A stretch of 64,000 bases of DNA from positions 1 through 64,000 of the forward strand of contig JBLWTJ010000001.1 of assembly GCA_048270185.1 (NCBI GenBank), given 5' to 3'. Made by a program: the position numbers and the translations under genes. The notes beneath the pieces were generated by a model. The model was not told where the DNA came from. It ran no database searches and saw only the letters and a program-made list of their open reading frames with translations. Positions 29,934 through 40,000 of this stretch are shown here, piece by piece. Origin of the DNA: Bacteriovoracaceae bacterium. GTDB lineage: Bacteria; Bdellovibrionota; Bacteriovoracia; Bacteriovoracales; Bacteriovoracaceae. Positions within the stretch are counted from its first letter, which is position 1, and the number at the start of each line of letters is the position of its first letter.

Positions 29934-31346
29934 ATGAGTTTCTCAGAACTAGGTAAAATTATTGATGTATTAGGTAAAGACCGTGGAATCGATAAGGCCA
30001 TTATCGTAAACGCTATTGAACAAGCTTTCTTAGTAACAGCTAGAAAGAAATTTGGAATTCAAGGTGAATACGAAACTCGTTATAATGACGACGATGATGA
30101 TGTAGAAATCTTTCAATATAAGAACGTTGTAGAAGAAGTTAGAGACTCAATTATTGAGATTAATCTTTCTGATGCTAGAGAACTTGATGAAGATGTTGAA
30201 ATTGGTGATCAATTAGGTATTAAAATCGAAAACCCTAATTTTACAAGAGTTGACGTTCAAACTGCTCGTCAGATTATTTTCCAAAAAGTACGTGATGCAG
30301 AAAGAGAAATTCTATTCTCTGAGTTTAAGCATAGAGAAGGTGACTTAGTTACTGGTATCGTAAGAAGATATGAGCGTGGGAATGTTGTTGTTGATCTTGG
30401 GAAAGCAGATGCTGTTCTTTCAAGAAGAGAGCTTATTCCAGGTGAGCAATTCAATCCAGGTGATCGAGTTCAAGCTTACTTAACTGAAGTTGTTATGACG
30501 AATAGAGGTCCAGAGATTAGACTTTCTAGAACGTCTCCAATGTTCCTTGTTAAGCTATTTGAAATTGAGGTTCCAGAAATTCAAGATGGAACAATTGAAA
30601 TTAAGTCAGCTGCACGTGAGCCAGGTCAAAGAGCTAAAATCGCTGTTCAGTCAGTTGATAAAGACATTGACCCTGTTGGAGCATGTGTTGGTATGAAAGG
30701 ATCACGTGTTCAAAATATCGTTAATGAGCTTCAAGGTGAGAAAATTGATATCGTTAGATGGAATGATGATCTAGCGACGTTTGCTATTGCAGCTCTCGCA
30801 CCATCAGAAATTGAAAATATTTCAATTGATCATGATAATAAAGCAATGGACGTTATCGTTGAAGAAGATCAACTTTCACTGGCCATTGGTAGACGTGGTC
30901 AAAACGTAAGACTAGCAGCAATGCTATCTGGATATAATATCAATATTATCTCGAAGTCTAAGCTTCAAGAAAAAGTTGGTAAAGCTGTTGATAACTTACT
31001 TCAAATTCCATCAATCACAGATGCAATGGCCCAAGTTCTTGTACAAAATAGCATCATGGCAATTGGTGACTTCATGGCAACGCCTGCTGATGAAATTGCA
31101 CAAATGACTGGAGTTGATGAAGCAACTGCTCAAGGAGCAATTGATGAAGCAGCTAAGCTAGTTGAGGAAGGTTCAATTGAACTTCAACCAGAAGGTGAAG
31201 AAGAGTTAGTTTCTGCTTCAGCTGTACCAAGATACCTAGGTATCATTAATAAAGAAGGATCTGAGTCTGATGAAGAAGGTTCAGATAAATTTAATGAAGC
31301 AGAAAGAAGACTAAGAGAAGAACTAGCTGCTTTTAAAATTAAATAG
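29934..31346 (+). CDS. nusA: Transcription termination factor NusA
   Basis: S1 and KH domains, AREPGQRAK, DPVGACVG, SLAIGRRGQN. Confidence 0.98.
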   Translation: MSFSELGKIIDVLGKDRGIDKAIIVNAIEQAFLVTARKKFGIQGEYETRYNDDDDDVEIFQYKNVVEEVRDSIIEINLSDARELDEDVEIGDQLGIKIENPNFTRVDVQTARQIIFQKVRDAEREILFSEFKHREGDLVTGIVRRYERGNVVVDLGKADAVLSRRELIPGEQFNPGDRVQAYLTEVVMTNRGPEIRLSRTSPMFLVKLFEIEVPEIQDGTIEIKSAAREPGQRAKIAVQSVDKDIDPVGACVGMKGSRVQNIVNELQGEKIDIVRWNDDLATFAIAALAPSEIENISIDHDNKAMDVIVEEDQLSLAIGRRGQNVRLAAMLSGYNINIISKSKLQEKVGKAVDNLLQIPSITDAMAQVLVQNSIMAIGDFMATPADEIAQMTGVDEATAQGAIDEAAKLVEEGSIELQPEGEEELVSASAVPRYLGIINKEGSESDEEGSDKFNEAERRLREELAAFKIK

Positions 31347-31379
31347 ATTAATAAATTGTAGTCATACTACGGAGATAAA

Positions 31380-34136
31380 ATGCCTAAGAAAATATTTGAA
31401 TTGGCCAACGAAATCGGAAAGAAGCCTTTAGATCTTGTTGAAGAGTTAAAGTCTTTCGGCTTTACAGTAAGAAATCACATGTCGGTATTATCTGATGATG
31501 ATATCACAAAGTGGGAATCTCTTTCTGGAAAGAGTGAGAAAGAAGACGCTCCTGCAAAGAAGAAGGTTGTTAAGAAGAAGACGGTCAAAAAGAAAGCTGC
31601 TAAGAAAACTTCTGTAAGGAAGAAAGCTGCTGCAAGTGCTGACGGTGAAGAAGCTGGTGAAGAAGATAAACCAGCTAAGAAGACAGTAACTCGTAAGAAA
31701 ACTGTTGTTCGTCGTAAAGCATCTTCAAAATCTTCTGAGGCAACTTCCGAAGATGAAAGTACTGAAACTCAAACAACACATGTTGCTCAAGCACAAGACT
31801 CAAACGATGAGGTTGTTGCAGAGAGTGTTGAAGTTATTGAAGATACAACTTTAGAACAAGATGAAGAAGTTGTTGAGGCAAGTTCAGACGATGAGCAAGA
31901 TAACTTAGTTGAAGCTAAAGAGAGTAAGGAAGAAAAGAAAGATGAATCATCAACTTCTTCTAAGCCTTTTGGTTTAAGAATTGTTTCGGCACCTACAAAA
32001 GAAGACAAAGAAAAAGCTGCTGCTCGCAAAGCAAAAGCTAAGGTGACTAAAGAGGAAGTTAAAGAAGATGATATCAACGATAAGGCTGGTCCTGTTGATG
32101 CAACGACTAAAGCTAAGGACTCTAAGAATCGTCTAAGTGGTCTTGCTTCAATGTTAAGTGCTAAGAAAACTGTTAATCGTTCTCAAGCACTAAATGAAGA
32201 AAGAGCGACTTCTGAACTCAAGACATATGCCCTTCAAGGAAGTGGCCGTCCAATGTATACGCAAGTAAAGAGAAAGCGTCAGTACTCTGGGCCAAGTAAG
32301 TCAACAGAGATCACAGAAGTAAAAGAATCAAAAAGAGTAATTAAGTTACATGGTGGTGCTTATGCAGAACAACTTGCTAAGAAACTATCTATTAAACTTA
32401 AAGATATGATCGACATGTGTCTTGACCTGAATCTACTTGTTAGAAATGGAGACTATATAGGTCTTAAGCTTGCAAGCCAGATTGCTGAACTTTACGACTA
32501 TCGTGTTGAAGACCAATCTTTTGACGAAGATGCAATGCTAGGGAAGGAAGAGCTTTCAGAAGAAGAGCTGAATAAACTTCCACTTCGTGCTCCTGTTATC
32601 ACAATTATGGGACACGTTGATCACGGTAAAACAACACTTCTTGATTACATTAGAAATGAGTCAATTGCAGAAGGTGAAGCAGGTGGTATCACTCAACATA
32701 TTGGTGCTTATTCTGTTGATGTTAAAGGTTCACAACTTACATTTCTCGATACTCCAGGTCACGCGGCTTTCGGTGCAATGAGACAACGTGGTGCTGATAT
32801 AACAGATATCGTTATTCTTATCGTTGCTGCAGATGATGGTGTTATGCCACAAACTGTTGAATCGATTAAATATATTCAAAGTGCAGGAAAACCAGTAATT
32901 GTAGCTGTTAACAAAATGGATAGAGAAGGGGCCAACCCTGATCGAATCAAACAAGCTCTTACTGAGTACAATATCACTCCAGAAGAATGGGGTGGAGAGA
33001 CTCAATTCTGTCATATCTCAGCTCTAAAAGGTGATGGTATAGATGAGCTTCTAGAGTCGATTGCACTTCAAGCAGAAATTCTTGAACTTCGTGCAGACCC
33101 AGCAGGTCCTGCTGAAGGTGTTGTTATTGAATCAAGAATTGAGCACGGACGTGGTCCTGTTGCAACTGTTCTTGTTCAAACAGGAACGCTTCAAAAAGGT
33201 GACTCAATTGTTGTTGGTGAAACTTTTGGCCGTGCCAGAAGCCTAACTGACCATAAGGGAACGCAACATCCTAAAGTTGGTCCTTCATTCCCGGTTCAAA
33301 TTATCGGTCTAGCTGAAGCTCCATCTCCAGGTGATTCTCTAAACGTTGTTAAAAACGAAAGAGAAGCTAAGAAAATTGCACAAAATAGAATTGACGAGAG
33401 AATTAGACTTGAGACAGCTTCAACTGTTGCAGGACCTAAGGTTTCTCTTGAAGACTTCTTTGCAACTGCTGTTTCAGAAGAAGGTCAGAAGAAAGATCTT
33501 AATCTTATCATTCGTTCAGATGTACAAGGTTCTTTTGAAGCAATTAAAACTGCGATGGCAACAATCTCTAACCCAGAAGTTGAGGTTAAGGTTATCCGTG
33601 GTGGTGTAGGGCAAATTAGCGATTCAGATATTGAACTTGCAAATACTTCAGGTGCATTCGTTCTCGGTTTCAACATGAGACCTTCGACATCTGCACGTAA
33701 GCTTGCTGAACAATATGGAATTGATGTTAAAACATACTCAATCATCTATGAACTAATCAATGATGTTAAGCTTGCTGTTGAAGGTCTTCTTGATCCTGAG
33801 TTTACAGAAGAGTACATCGGTCGTGCAGAAGTTCGCGATACATTCTCTGTGCCAAAAGTTGGTACAATTGCAGGTTCAATCGTTGTTGACGGTTCGATCC
33901 AAGTTGGATGTAACGTACGTCTTCTTCGTGAAGGAAAAATTATGTTCGACGGGAAAATGTCTTCTCTTAAACGTTTCAAAGATGATGTTAAAGAAGTTAA
34001 GAATGGTTACGAATGTGGTGTTGGTCTTGAAAACTATAATGACGTTAAGATTGGAGATCTATTCGAAGCTTATAAAATGATTGAAAAGAAGCGTACCCTT
34101 GAAGATGTTATGACATCTGATTCGGCAATTCTTTAA
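31380..34136 (+). CDS. infB: Translation initiation factor IF-2
   Basis: MGHVDHGKTT, DTPGH, NKMD, SLKRFKDDVKEV; Lys- and Glu-rich N-terminal linker. Confidence 0.98.
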   Translation: MPKKIFELANEIGKKPLDLVEELKSFGFTVRNHMSVLSDDDITKWESLSGKSEKEDAPAKKKVVKKKTVKKKAAKKTSVRKKAAASADGEEAGEEDKPAKKTVTRKKTVVRRKASSKSSEATSEDESTETQTTHVAQAQDSNDEVVAESVEVIEDTTLEQDEEVVEASSDDEQDNLVEAKESKEEKKDESSTSSKPFGLRIVSAPTKEDKEKAAARKAKAKVTKEEVKEDDINDKAGPVDATTKAKDSKNRLSGLASMLSAKKTVNRSQALNEERATSELKTYALQGSGRPMYTQVKRKRQYSGPSKSTEITEVKESKRVIKLHGGAYAEQLAKKLSIKLKDMIDMCLDLNLLVRNGDYIGLKLASQIAELYDYRVEDQSFDEDAMLGKEELSEEELNKLPLRAPVITIMGHVDHGKTTLLDYIRNESIAEGEAGGITQHIGAYSVDVKGSQLTFLDTPGHAAFGAMRQRGADITDIVILIVAADDGVMPQTVESIKYIQSAGKPVIVAVNKMDREGANPDRIKQALTEYNITPEEWGGETQFCHISALKGDGIDELLESIALQAEILELRADPAGPAEGVVIESRIEHGRGPVATVLVQTGTLQKGDSIVVGETFGRARSLTDHKGTQHPKVGPSFPVQIIGLAEAPSPGDSLNVVKNEREAKKIAQNRIDERIRLETASTVAGPKVSLEDFFATAVSEEGQKKDLNLIIRSDVQGSFEAIKTAMATISNPEVEVKVIRGGVGQISDSDIELANTSGAFVLGFNMRPSTSARKLAEQYGIDVKTYSIIYELINDVKLAVEGLLDPEFTEEYIGRAEVRDTFSVPKVGTIAGSIVVDGSIQVGCNVRLLREGKIMFDGKMSSLKRFKDDVKEVKNGYECGVGLENYNDVKIGDLFEAYKMIEKKRTLEDVMTSDSAIL

Positions 34137-34150
34137 TCATTGGAGTCGGC

Positions 34151-34507
34151 ATGAGTGGCAATAAGAAGAAACTTCAGTATGAAGAACAAATAAAAAACGA
34201 AGTAAATAAGCTATTTCGTACCGGAATGGACAATAGTGCTTTTACTTTCTGTTCTGTTACTAAAGTTGAAATGAGCCCTGATTTCTCAATGGCAAAACTT
34301 TACTGGGATACTTTTGATCCAAGTCGTAGAGGGGATATCAGTAAGGCCATGGAATCTGCCCTTGGGAAGATTCGTACTCACTTGGCCAAGACTTTACAAG
34401 TTAGGCATACTCCTGCACTTACAGCAGAGTATGACTCTCAATTTGAAGATGAGCAGGAAATTGAAAAACTTCTGCAATCTGAAAAAGATAAAGGTAAAAC
34501 TTTCTAA
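34151..34507 (+). CDS. rbfA: Ribosome-binding factor A
   Basis: VTKVEMSPD, RHTPAL..YD; follows infB. Confidence 0.92.
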   Translation: MSGNKKKLQYEEQIKNEVNKLFRTGMDNSAFTFCSVTKVEMSPDFSMAKLYWDTFDPSRRGDISKAMESALGKIRTHLAKTLQVRHTPALTAEYDSQFEDEQEIEKLLQSEKDKGKTF

Positions 34508-35475
34508 TGAGTAATAAAAGTAAGAAAAATAAAGGCCCAATTTTTGGGCCTTACTTTTTTAAAGTGGACAAGCCAAAGGGCATGACATCATTTGACGTTA
34601 TTAGACGCTTTAAAAGAAATCTTCCAAAGAATATTGGAAAAATAGGTCACTTTGGAACCCTTGATCCATTTGCTACAGGTCTTCTTGTCATTGGAATTGG
34701 GCCTGCGACTAGGCTTAATCAATACACTCAGTCTAATGCCAAAGAATATATTGCAACAGGAAGATTAGGTGTTATCACTCCAACTGGGGACTTCGATACT
34801 GATGAGTCGACTATTGAGAGAGTTGATTTTAACAATGTTACTTTTGATGAAGTCAGTAATGCTCTAAATTCATTTGTTGGTGCATATATGCAGAGTCCAC
34901 CTGCCTTTTCGGCCACTAAGCATGAAGGTAAGGCCCTTCATGAGTGGGCAAGACAAGGCGTTATTATTGAAAAACCACCTGTTGAGAGACAAATCTATGA
35001 GACTGAACTAATTGAGCTCTCTGGTGATAAAGTTATTTTTCGCGTTAGTGTATCTTCTGGGACTTATATTCGTGTACTCTTTGATGATCTTTCAAAGAAG
35101 CTTGGAACCCGTGGGGCCCTTGAAGATCTAAGGCGAACAAATTCAGCAGGTATTCTAGTTGAAGACTCAATTAATTTAGATATTTTTGAACAGGCCGACT
35201 TCAGTGCTCAAAACTTCCTTGAAACATACGCAATGCCAATCACTGAATTAATTGATTTTAAGCATATATTGCTGACAGAGGCAGATGCCAAGAGCTTTAT
35301 TAATGGCCAAAATCCGGTCGTTGAAGTTGAAAATGGCCTTTATTGGGTTAGGCAAGAAGGAAAAACCCTTGGATTAGGGCAAGTTAATGAAAATTTATTG
35401 AAATCCTGCGTGACATTTTGTCCTGTAGCGTTAGATAAAATCGATTTAACTATGTGTAATTCCTTAGACGAATAA
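34507..35475 (+). CDS. truB: tRNA pseudouridine55 synthase
   Basis: DKPKGMTS, GHFGTLDPFATG, SSGTYIR, LRRT. Confidence 0.95.
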   Translation: MSNKSKKNKGPIFGPYFFKVDKPKGMTSFDVIRRFKRNLPKNIGKIGHFGTLDPFATGLLVIGIGPATRLNQYTQSNAKEYIATGRLGVITPTGDFDTDESTIERVDFNNVTFDEVSNALNSFVGAYMQSPPAFSATKHEGKALHEWARQGVIIEKPPVERQIYETELIELSGDKVIFRVSVSSGTYIRVLFDDLSKKLGTRGALEDLRRTNSAGILVEDSINLDIFEQADFSAQNFLETYAMPITELIDFKHILLTEADAKSFINGQNPVVEVENGLYWVRQEGKTLGLGQVNENLLKSCVTFCPVALDKIDLTMCNSLDE

Positions 35476-35527
35476 TTTCAAATCATGTTATACTTTGGAA
35501 AAATACAATCATTTAATAGGAGATAAA

Positions 35528-36370
35528 GTGAATACTACTTTAATCGCATTAGCTATTGCATTATTAGTTGTTGCAGGGATGATCGTACAGCTTGGGCTTC
35601 TGAGCTTACTATCAGGTGCTTTCTTCTTCCTTTTTGGGAAGTCTAAATTCGATCTTTTAAAGTCATCATCAGATGAGACTTTTGCCTTTGGTTATCGTTG
35701 GAATAATTCACGTGAACCAGCAAAGTTCAATCATGTTTCTGTTAGACTTTTCAATCCATTTGGTAAAAAGACTCAGGTAACTGTTTCTAGTGATTTTGCT
35801 GTTCAAGACAGTGACTTTGCAGTTGAAGTTAAATTAGGTCCTGCTTTTAAAGATATTCTAGCTACTGAGAACCTAGACAAGGCAACAGTTGAAATCGAAC
35901 TAAAATCAAAAGATAATGTTTCTCAAACACGCTCAATGAAGGCCCGTCGTTTCATCGAATTATATCGAGGTGCTACGGAAAGTGTTGAGGAATTCAATGA
36001 TAAGCATGGATATGTAAAACCAAAAACTTTCTATCACCAAAATGGCCGCTCTTTTATTGCTGAGCCACTACCGCAAACAGATATTCCTCTAGGGTTAAGA
36101 ATTGCTGCTAATCCACAATTTGCTGGAGAGTTTGCTGGTGCCGCTGGTGGTGGAGCAGCAGCTGCTGTTGAGAACTTTGCTGTTGCAAAGGTTTGGATTG
36201 AAGAGGGTTGTATTGTTTGTAATGCTTGTGAAGGGATCTATCCTGAGGTATTTGAAGTAACAGATACTAACTGTGTGATTCGTCCAGATGCGCCTCTTGA
36301 TAATGGACTTCTTATTCTTGAAGCTGCTGAAGCTTGTCCGACAGAAGTTATCAAATTCGACAAAGCTTAA
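35528..36370 (+). CDS. Membrane-anchored protein with C-terminal single-cluster ferredoxin domain
   Basis: AGGAG RBS before GTG 35528, hydrophobic N-terminus, Gly/Ala linker, CIVCNAC...ACP. Confidence 0.8.
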   Translation: MNTTLIALAIALLVVAGMIVQLGLLSLLSGAFFFLFGKSKFDLLKSSSDETFAFGYRWNNSREPAKFNHVSVRLFNPFGKKTQVTVSSDFAVQDSDFAVEVKLGPAFKDILATENLDKATVEIELKSKDNVSQTRSMKARRFIELYRGATESVEEFNDKHGYVKPKTFYHQNGRSFIAEPLPQTDIPLGLRIAANPQFAGEFAGAAGGGAAAAVENFAVAKVWIEEGCIVCNACEGIYPEVFEVTDTNCVIRPDAPLDNGLLILEAAEACPTEVIKFDKA

Positions 36371-36398
36371 TCTTAAAATTAAAATTTTGATTAGATAT

Positions 36399-36423
36399 AG
36401 GGCCCGCATTTTGCGGGCCTTTG
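36399..36423 (+). terminator. Intrinsic terminator
   Basis: GGCCCGCA-ttt-TGCGGGCC plus TTT. Confidence 0.7.
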
Positions 36424-36445
36424 TCGTCTATAGGGGGAAGAAGTA

Positions 36446-36964
36446 ATGATTACTCTTAGATACTTAACTCTAAATGATCGAGAAGAGTTTTTCCGCGCCA
36501 TTAATGAAGCCTGGGAAGAAAACTTTGACTTTGTTCACTACCTAGAAAGTCTTGCAGGTAATGACTTTGAAACCTATGTGAAGATTGCTCCTGAAATGGC
36601 CAAGGGCCAGCATCTTCCAAGTGGCCATGTTCCATGTGCCATGCTCTTTGCGTTCAATGATGAAGGAAAAATTGTCGGCCGAACTTCGATTCGTTTCGAA
36701 TTAACTGAACATCTCTTGAAAGTTGGTGGTCATATCGGCTACGGAGTATGCCCTAGTTTTCGTCGTCAGGGTTATGCCACTGAGATTCTGGCAAAAAGCT
36801 TAGAATGGGCCTCAGGTAATATTAAGGGCCTTAAAAGGGTTCTTGTCACTTGCGATGAAGATAATATCGGCTCTCGTAAGACTATTGTAAATAATGGGGG
36901 AGAGCTTGAGAGTATTATCGACAATGGTGGCGTTAATAAAATGAGGTTTTGGATAAATCTTTAG
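36446..36964 (+). CDS. GNAT acetyltransferase
   Basis: GGHIGYGVCPSFRRQGYA, VTCDEDNIGSRKTI. Confidence 0.9.
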   Translation: MITLRYLTLNDREEFFRAINEAWEENFDFVHYLESLAGNDFETYVKIAPEMAKGQHLPSGHVPCAMLFAFNDEGKIVGRTSIRFELTEHLLKVGGHIGYGVCPSFRRQGYATEILAKSLEWASGNIKGLKRVLVTCDEDNIGSRKTIVNNGGELESIIDNGGVNKMRFWINL

Positions 36965-36973
36965 GCCCAGAAT

Positions 36974-37007
36974 AAAGAAAACCCACCTTGGACGAGGTGG
37001 GTTTCTT
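36974..37007. terminator. Bidirectional terminator between convergent genes
   Basis: AAACCCACCT-N6-AGGTGGGTTT. Confidence 0.8.
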
Positions 37008-37037
37008 AATATTTTAATTTTTACTTCAATGGTTAGA

Positions 37038-40000
37038 TTACTTACCTTCCATTGGGTTGATGATTCTTAGGTATAATCCAAGAAGTTTAACGTTTCTCTT
37101 GATATCACCGTAACTGCTTTCAACTGTCTTAGTGGCCTTCGCTCCATTTAAGATTTCAGTGAAAACTGCATCTTGCTGCATATTCTGTTGAATTGTAGCA
37201 TTGTCAGTGTACTGTCTTAAGTATACAGTTCCAAGTTTCATCTGCTCATTAGCATTTAGACCTTCCATTACTCTTGCAACTAGTGGAAGTACAATGCTGT
37301 AACCATCTTCTGTAAGTTGTGGCATAGAGATCGCGTTTAAAATATTCTCTTTCTTTCTCTGTAAGTATGCCGCTTTATTTCCTGCTCCTAATTGAACAAG
37401 ATCTTCGATTTGACAGTATTGGTCATCGTATTCACAGTTAGCAATGCTAATTAGCTCTGGTAATACGTTTTGTGCCATTACATTTAAAATGTCATTTACT
37501 GTCGCTCCTCCAAAACCAAGCTCTGCTAGCATTGTATTGAATTGTGCATTTACGAAGTACTGACCACCTCTTTTCATTAGCTCACGCATTACTTTGTAGG
37601 CTTCAAGTTGTGTTACTTGATCTCCAATTAGAGCGTTCACTTGTGAATAAGTTGCCTGAAGCGCTTGAGCAATAGCTTGTGGCTCACCAACTGCTGATGC
37701 ATCATCTAAAGCCTTCTTGGCAGCCGCTAGAGTTTCAAGAGTAGCACCTGGTGCTGGCTCTGAATTTGCTAGTTGTGAAGCTGCAACGTGCATTTTCTCC
37801 CACTGAGTAAAGATCTCTGACCAGCGCTCGTCATGTACAATTGCTTGCATTACGGCCGCCTTAGAAATTAGGCTCCCTGATACATAAGAGTCTTCAGAGT
37901 AAGGAACATAAGCTCTTCTTCTATCTGACTTCTCTGCAACAAAGTCTTCTGTTACTTCATACTCATTACCATCAGCACCAGTAAATCTATTCGTTAGAAG
38001 ATCTTGCTTGTTAATATGGCTCACCCAGTAAGCTCTTGCAGGGTTAGCTGTTTGCTCGAAAGTATCGATATTTCCGTAAAGTAGACCACCCATTGCTGCG
38101 TAATTAGTTTCAACTTCACCAATTTCAACTTTAAATGCACTATCTAGGGCAACGTTTCTTCCTGTTTCAGAATCGTACACAAGTGGTGTTACAGTACCTG
38201 AAAGTACTTGGTTAACAGTTGCTTGAGTAATTGAATCTTTAATATCAATTCCAAATAGGTACTGCTCTAGTAACTGGTATGGAATTCTTAAAGAGTTCGA
38301 TAAGTATCTGTAAGAGTAAGACTCTGACTGTGTAAGAGCAATAAGAGCTGCTGCCTTATCGTACTCAATACCACGATTTCTTGCTCTTGAAGAAATATTA
38401 TCAACTGAGTAAGATTCATTCCACTTCGTTTCAACAACCATGGCCTTAGAGATATTAACCTCAAGTTCAGTACCATCATCAGCTTTTACAACTGTTTGTG
38501 ATGGTGCAATTGTTTCAACAAATCTCTTATTTCTTTGGGCCTGAGTTGCAAGTCCTACTCCTGGAGAAACCTCAGGTGTCGCAACAACAGACTGGAAGAA
38601 GAACATTGACTTAATCGTTGCATTAACAAGGTCATTTGTTGTTGCATCGTGTGCCGCTTGATCTGTTCCAGCAAATAACTCTGGAGTATAGATTAAGTGG
38701 TAGAATACTTCTTCGTTTAACATTCTAAGCTTAAAGAATTTATTAAGTGCCCATTCAAATGCTGCTCCACCAGTGAAGTTTTGACGTTGTCCTGGGAAGT
38801 AAATGTATTCGTACATTTGACGGTAATCTTGAATTTCATAATCAACGATTTCCTCAAATGATGCACCAAAGTCGTGTCTTTGACATTGTGGAGTATCTCC
38901 AGCATCTTCGTCTGAACAGAACTTGATTCTCTTTAAGTTAGCTTGCGCCATAATTGCTCTCTTAGAGATATCAGCAGGGTTACCTGTTTCTCCCATTAGA
39001 GCATCAATTACGTCTTGAATTTTTACTAAATGGTAGTACATACCTTTTTCAAATTCAGACTCAACTGGAGTAACTTTAACCGTTTTGCCGTTAATCGACT
39101 TAGAAGTAATTGGAGTTGATGTATAGTCATCAAGTTCAACCATTCCTGTATATGCTGCACGAAGTGCGTATACATCGTATGGAGCTAGTCCATCGTAAGT
39201 GGCATGGTCATCAATTGTGTAATCCATAACTGATGATGATGTTCTTTTCGATTCTTTCTCTCCTGGGAATAGCCAGTTCTTCTTATCGAATGAACCGATG
39301 AAGTTGTGACGTAGACCAAGGTTATGTCCGATTTCGTGAGCAAGTGTAGGCATCCAGATATCAATTAGAATATCGTTCTTACCTTCGTTTGTTTTTGCCA
39401 TTTCTAGAACATCGTAATTCTTAGCAAGGTTACTTAATGCAAACTGTGCAGATTCATGGTTACAGATTGGCGTTTTTCTTCCGTTCTCATCGTAATTCAT
39501 ACTGTGAACGATTTCAGCTCTTTTAGCTTCTACAGAATCTTCACCGTAGATTGCCTTTGCAAGTGCAACTTCATCTTTGTTTGCGACAGCTTTCCATGCA
39601 TTATGAAGAGCTTTTGAGTCTTTCTCACTTGCCTGTGAAAAGTGGCTTAGTGCTTCTTCTTCATCGTATTGGCTTGCCTTGAAGTCATTTTTCATTAGAC
39701 GGTGAGCGTCTTTGATCTTTGACATTCTATTGGCAATATTTGGAACTTTAATTCTATTAAGTAAGTTACTCTTAAAGTTGTGGTGCGCAATTCCGTGACG
39801 GTGAGAATTGATTTCAATTTTCTCTTTTGAGTTTGGAACTGTGTTTAATTCACCTTCAACTTCAACTTCAATTGTATCTTGTTGAGCCTGAGCCTGTGCT
39901 TGAGCAGCAGCCTTTTTTGCTTCGTGGTCTGCAAGTGCTTTTTGTATTGCAGCTTGGTTAGACTGAGCTACTAGGCTTTCAAGTTGCTTTGAAGGTGTCA

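Noticed and set aside
31540..31960. Lys-rich and Glu-rich low-complexity repeats
   Set aside because: Normal variable N-terminal region of IF-2
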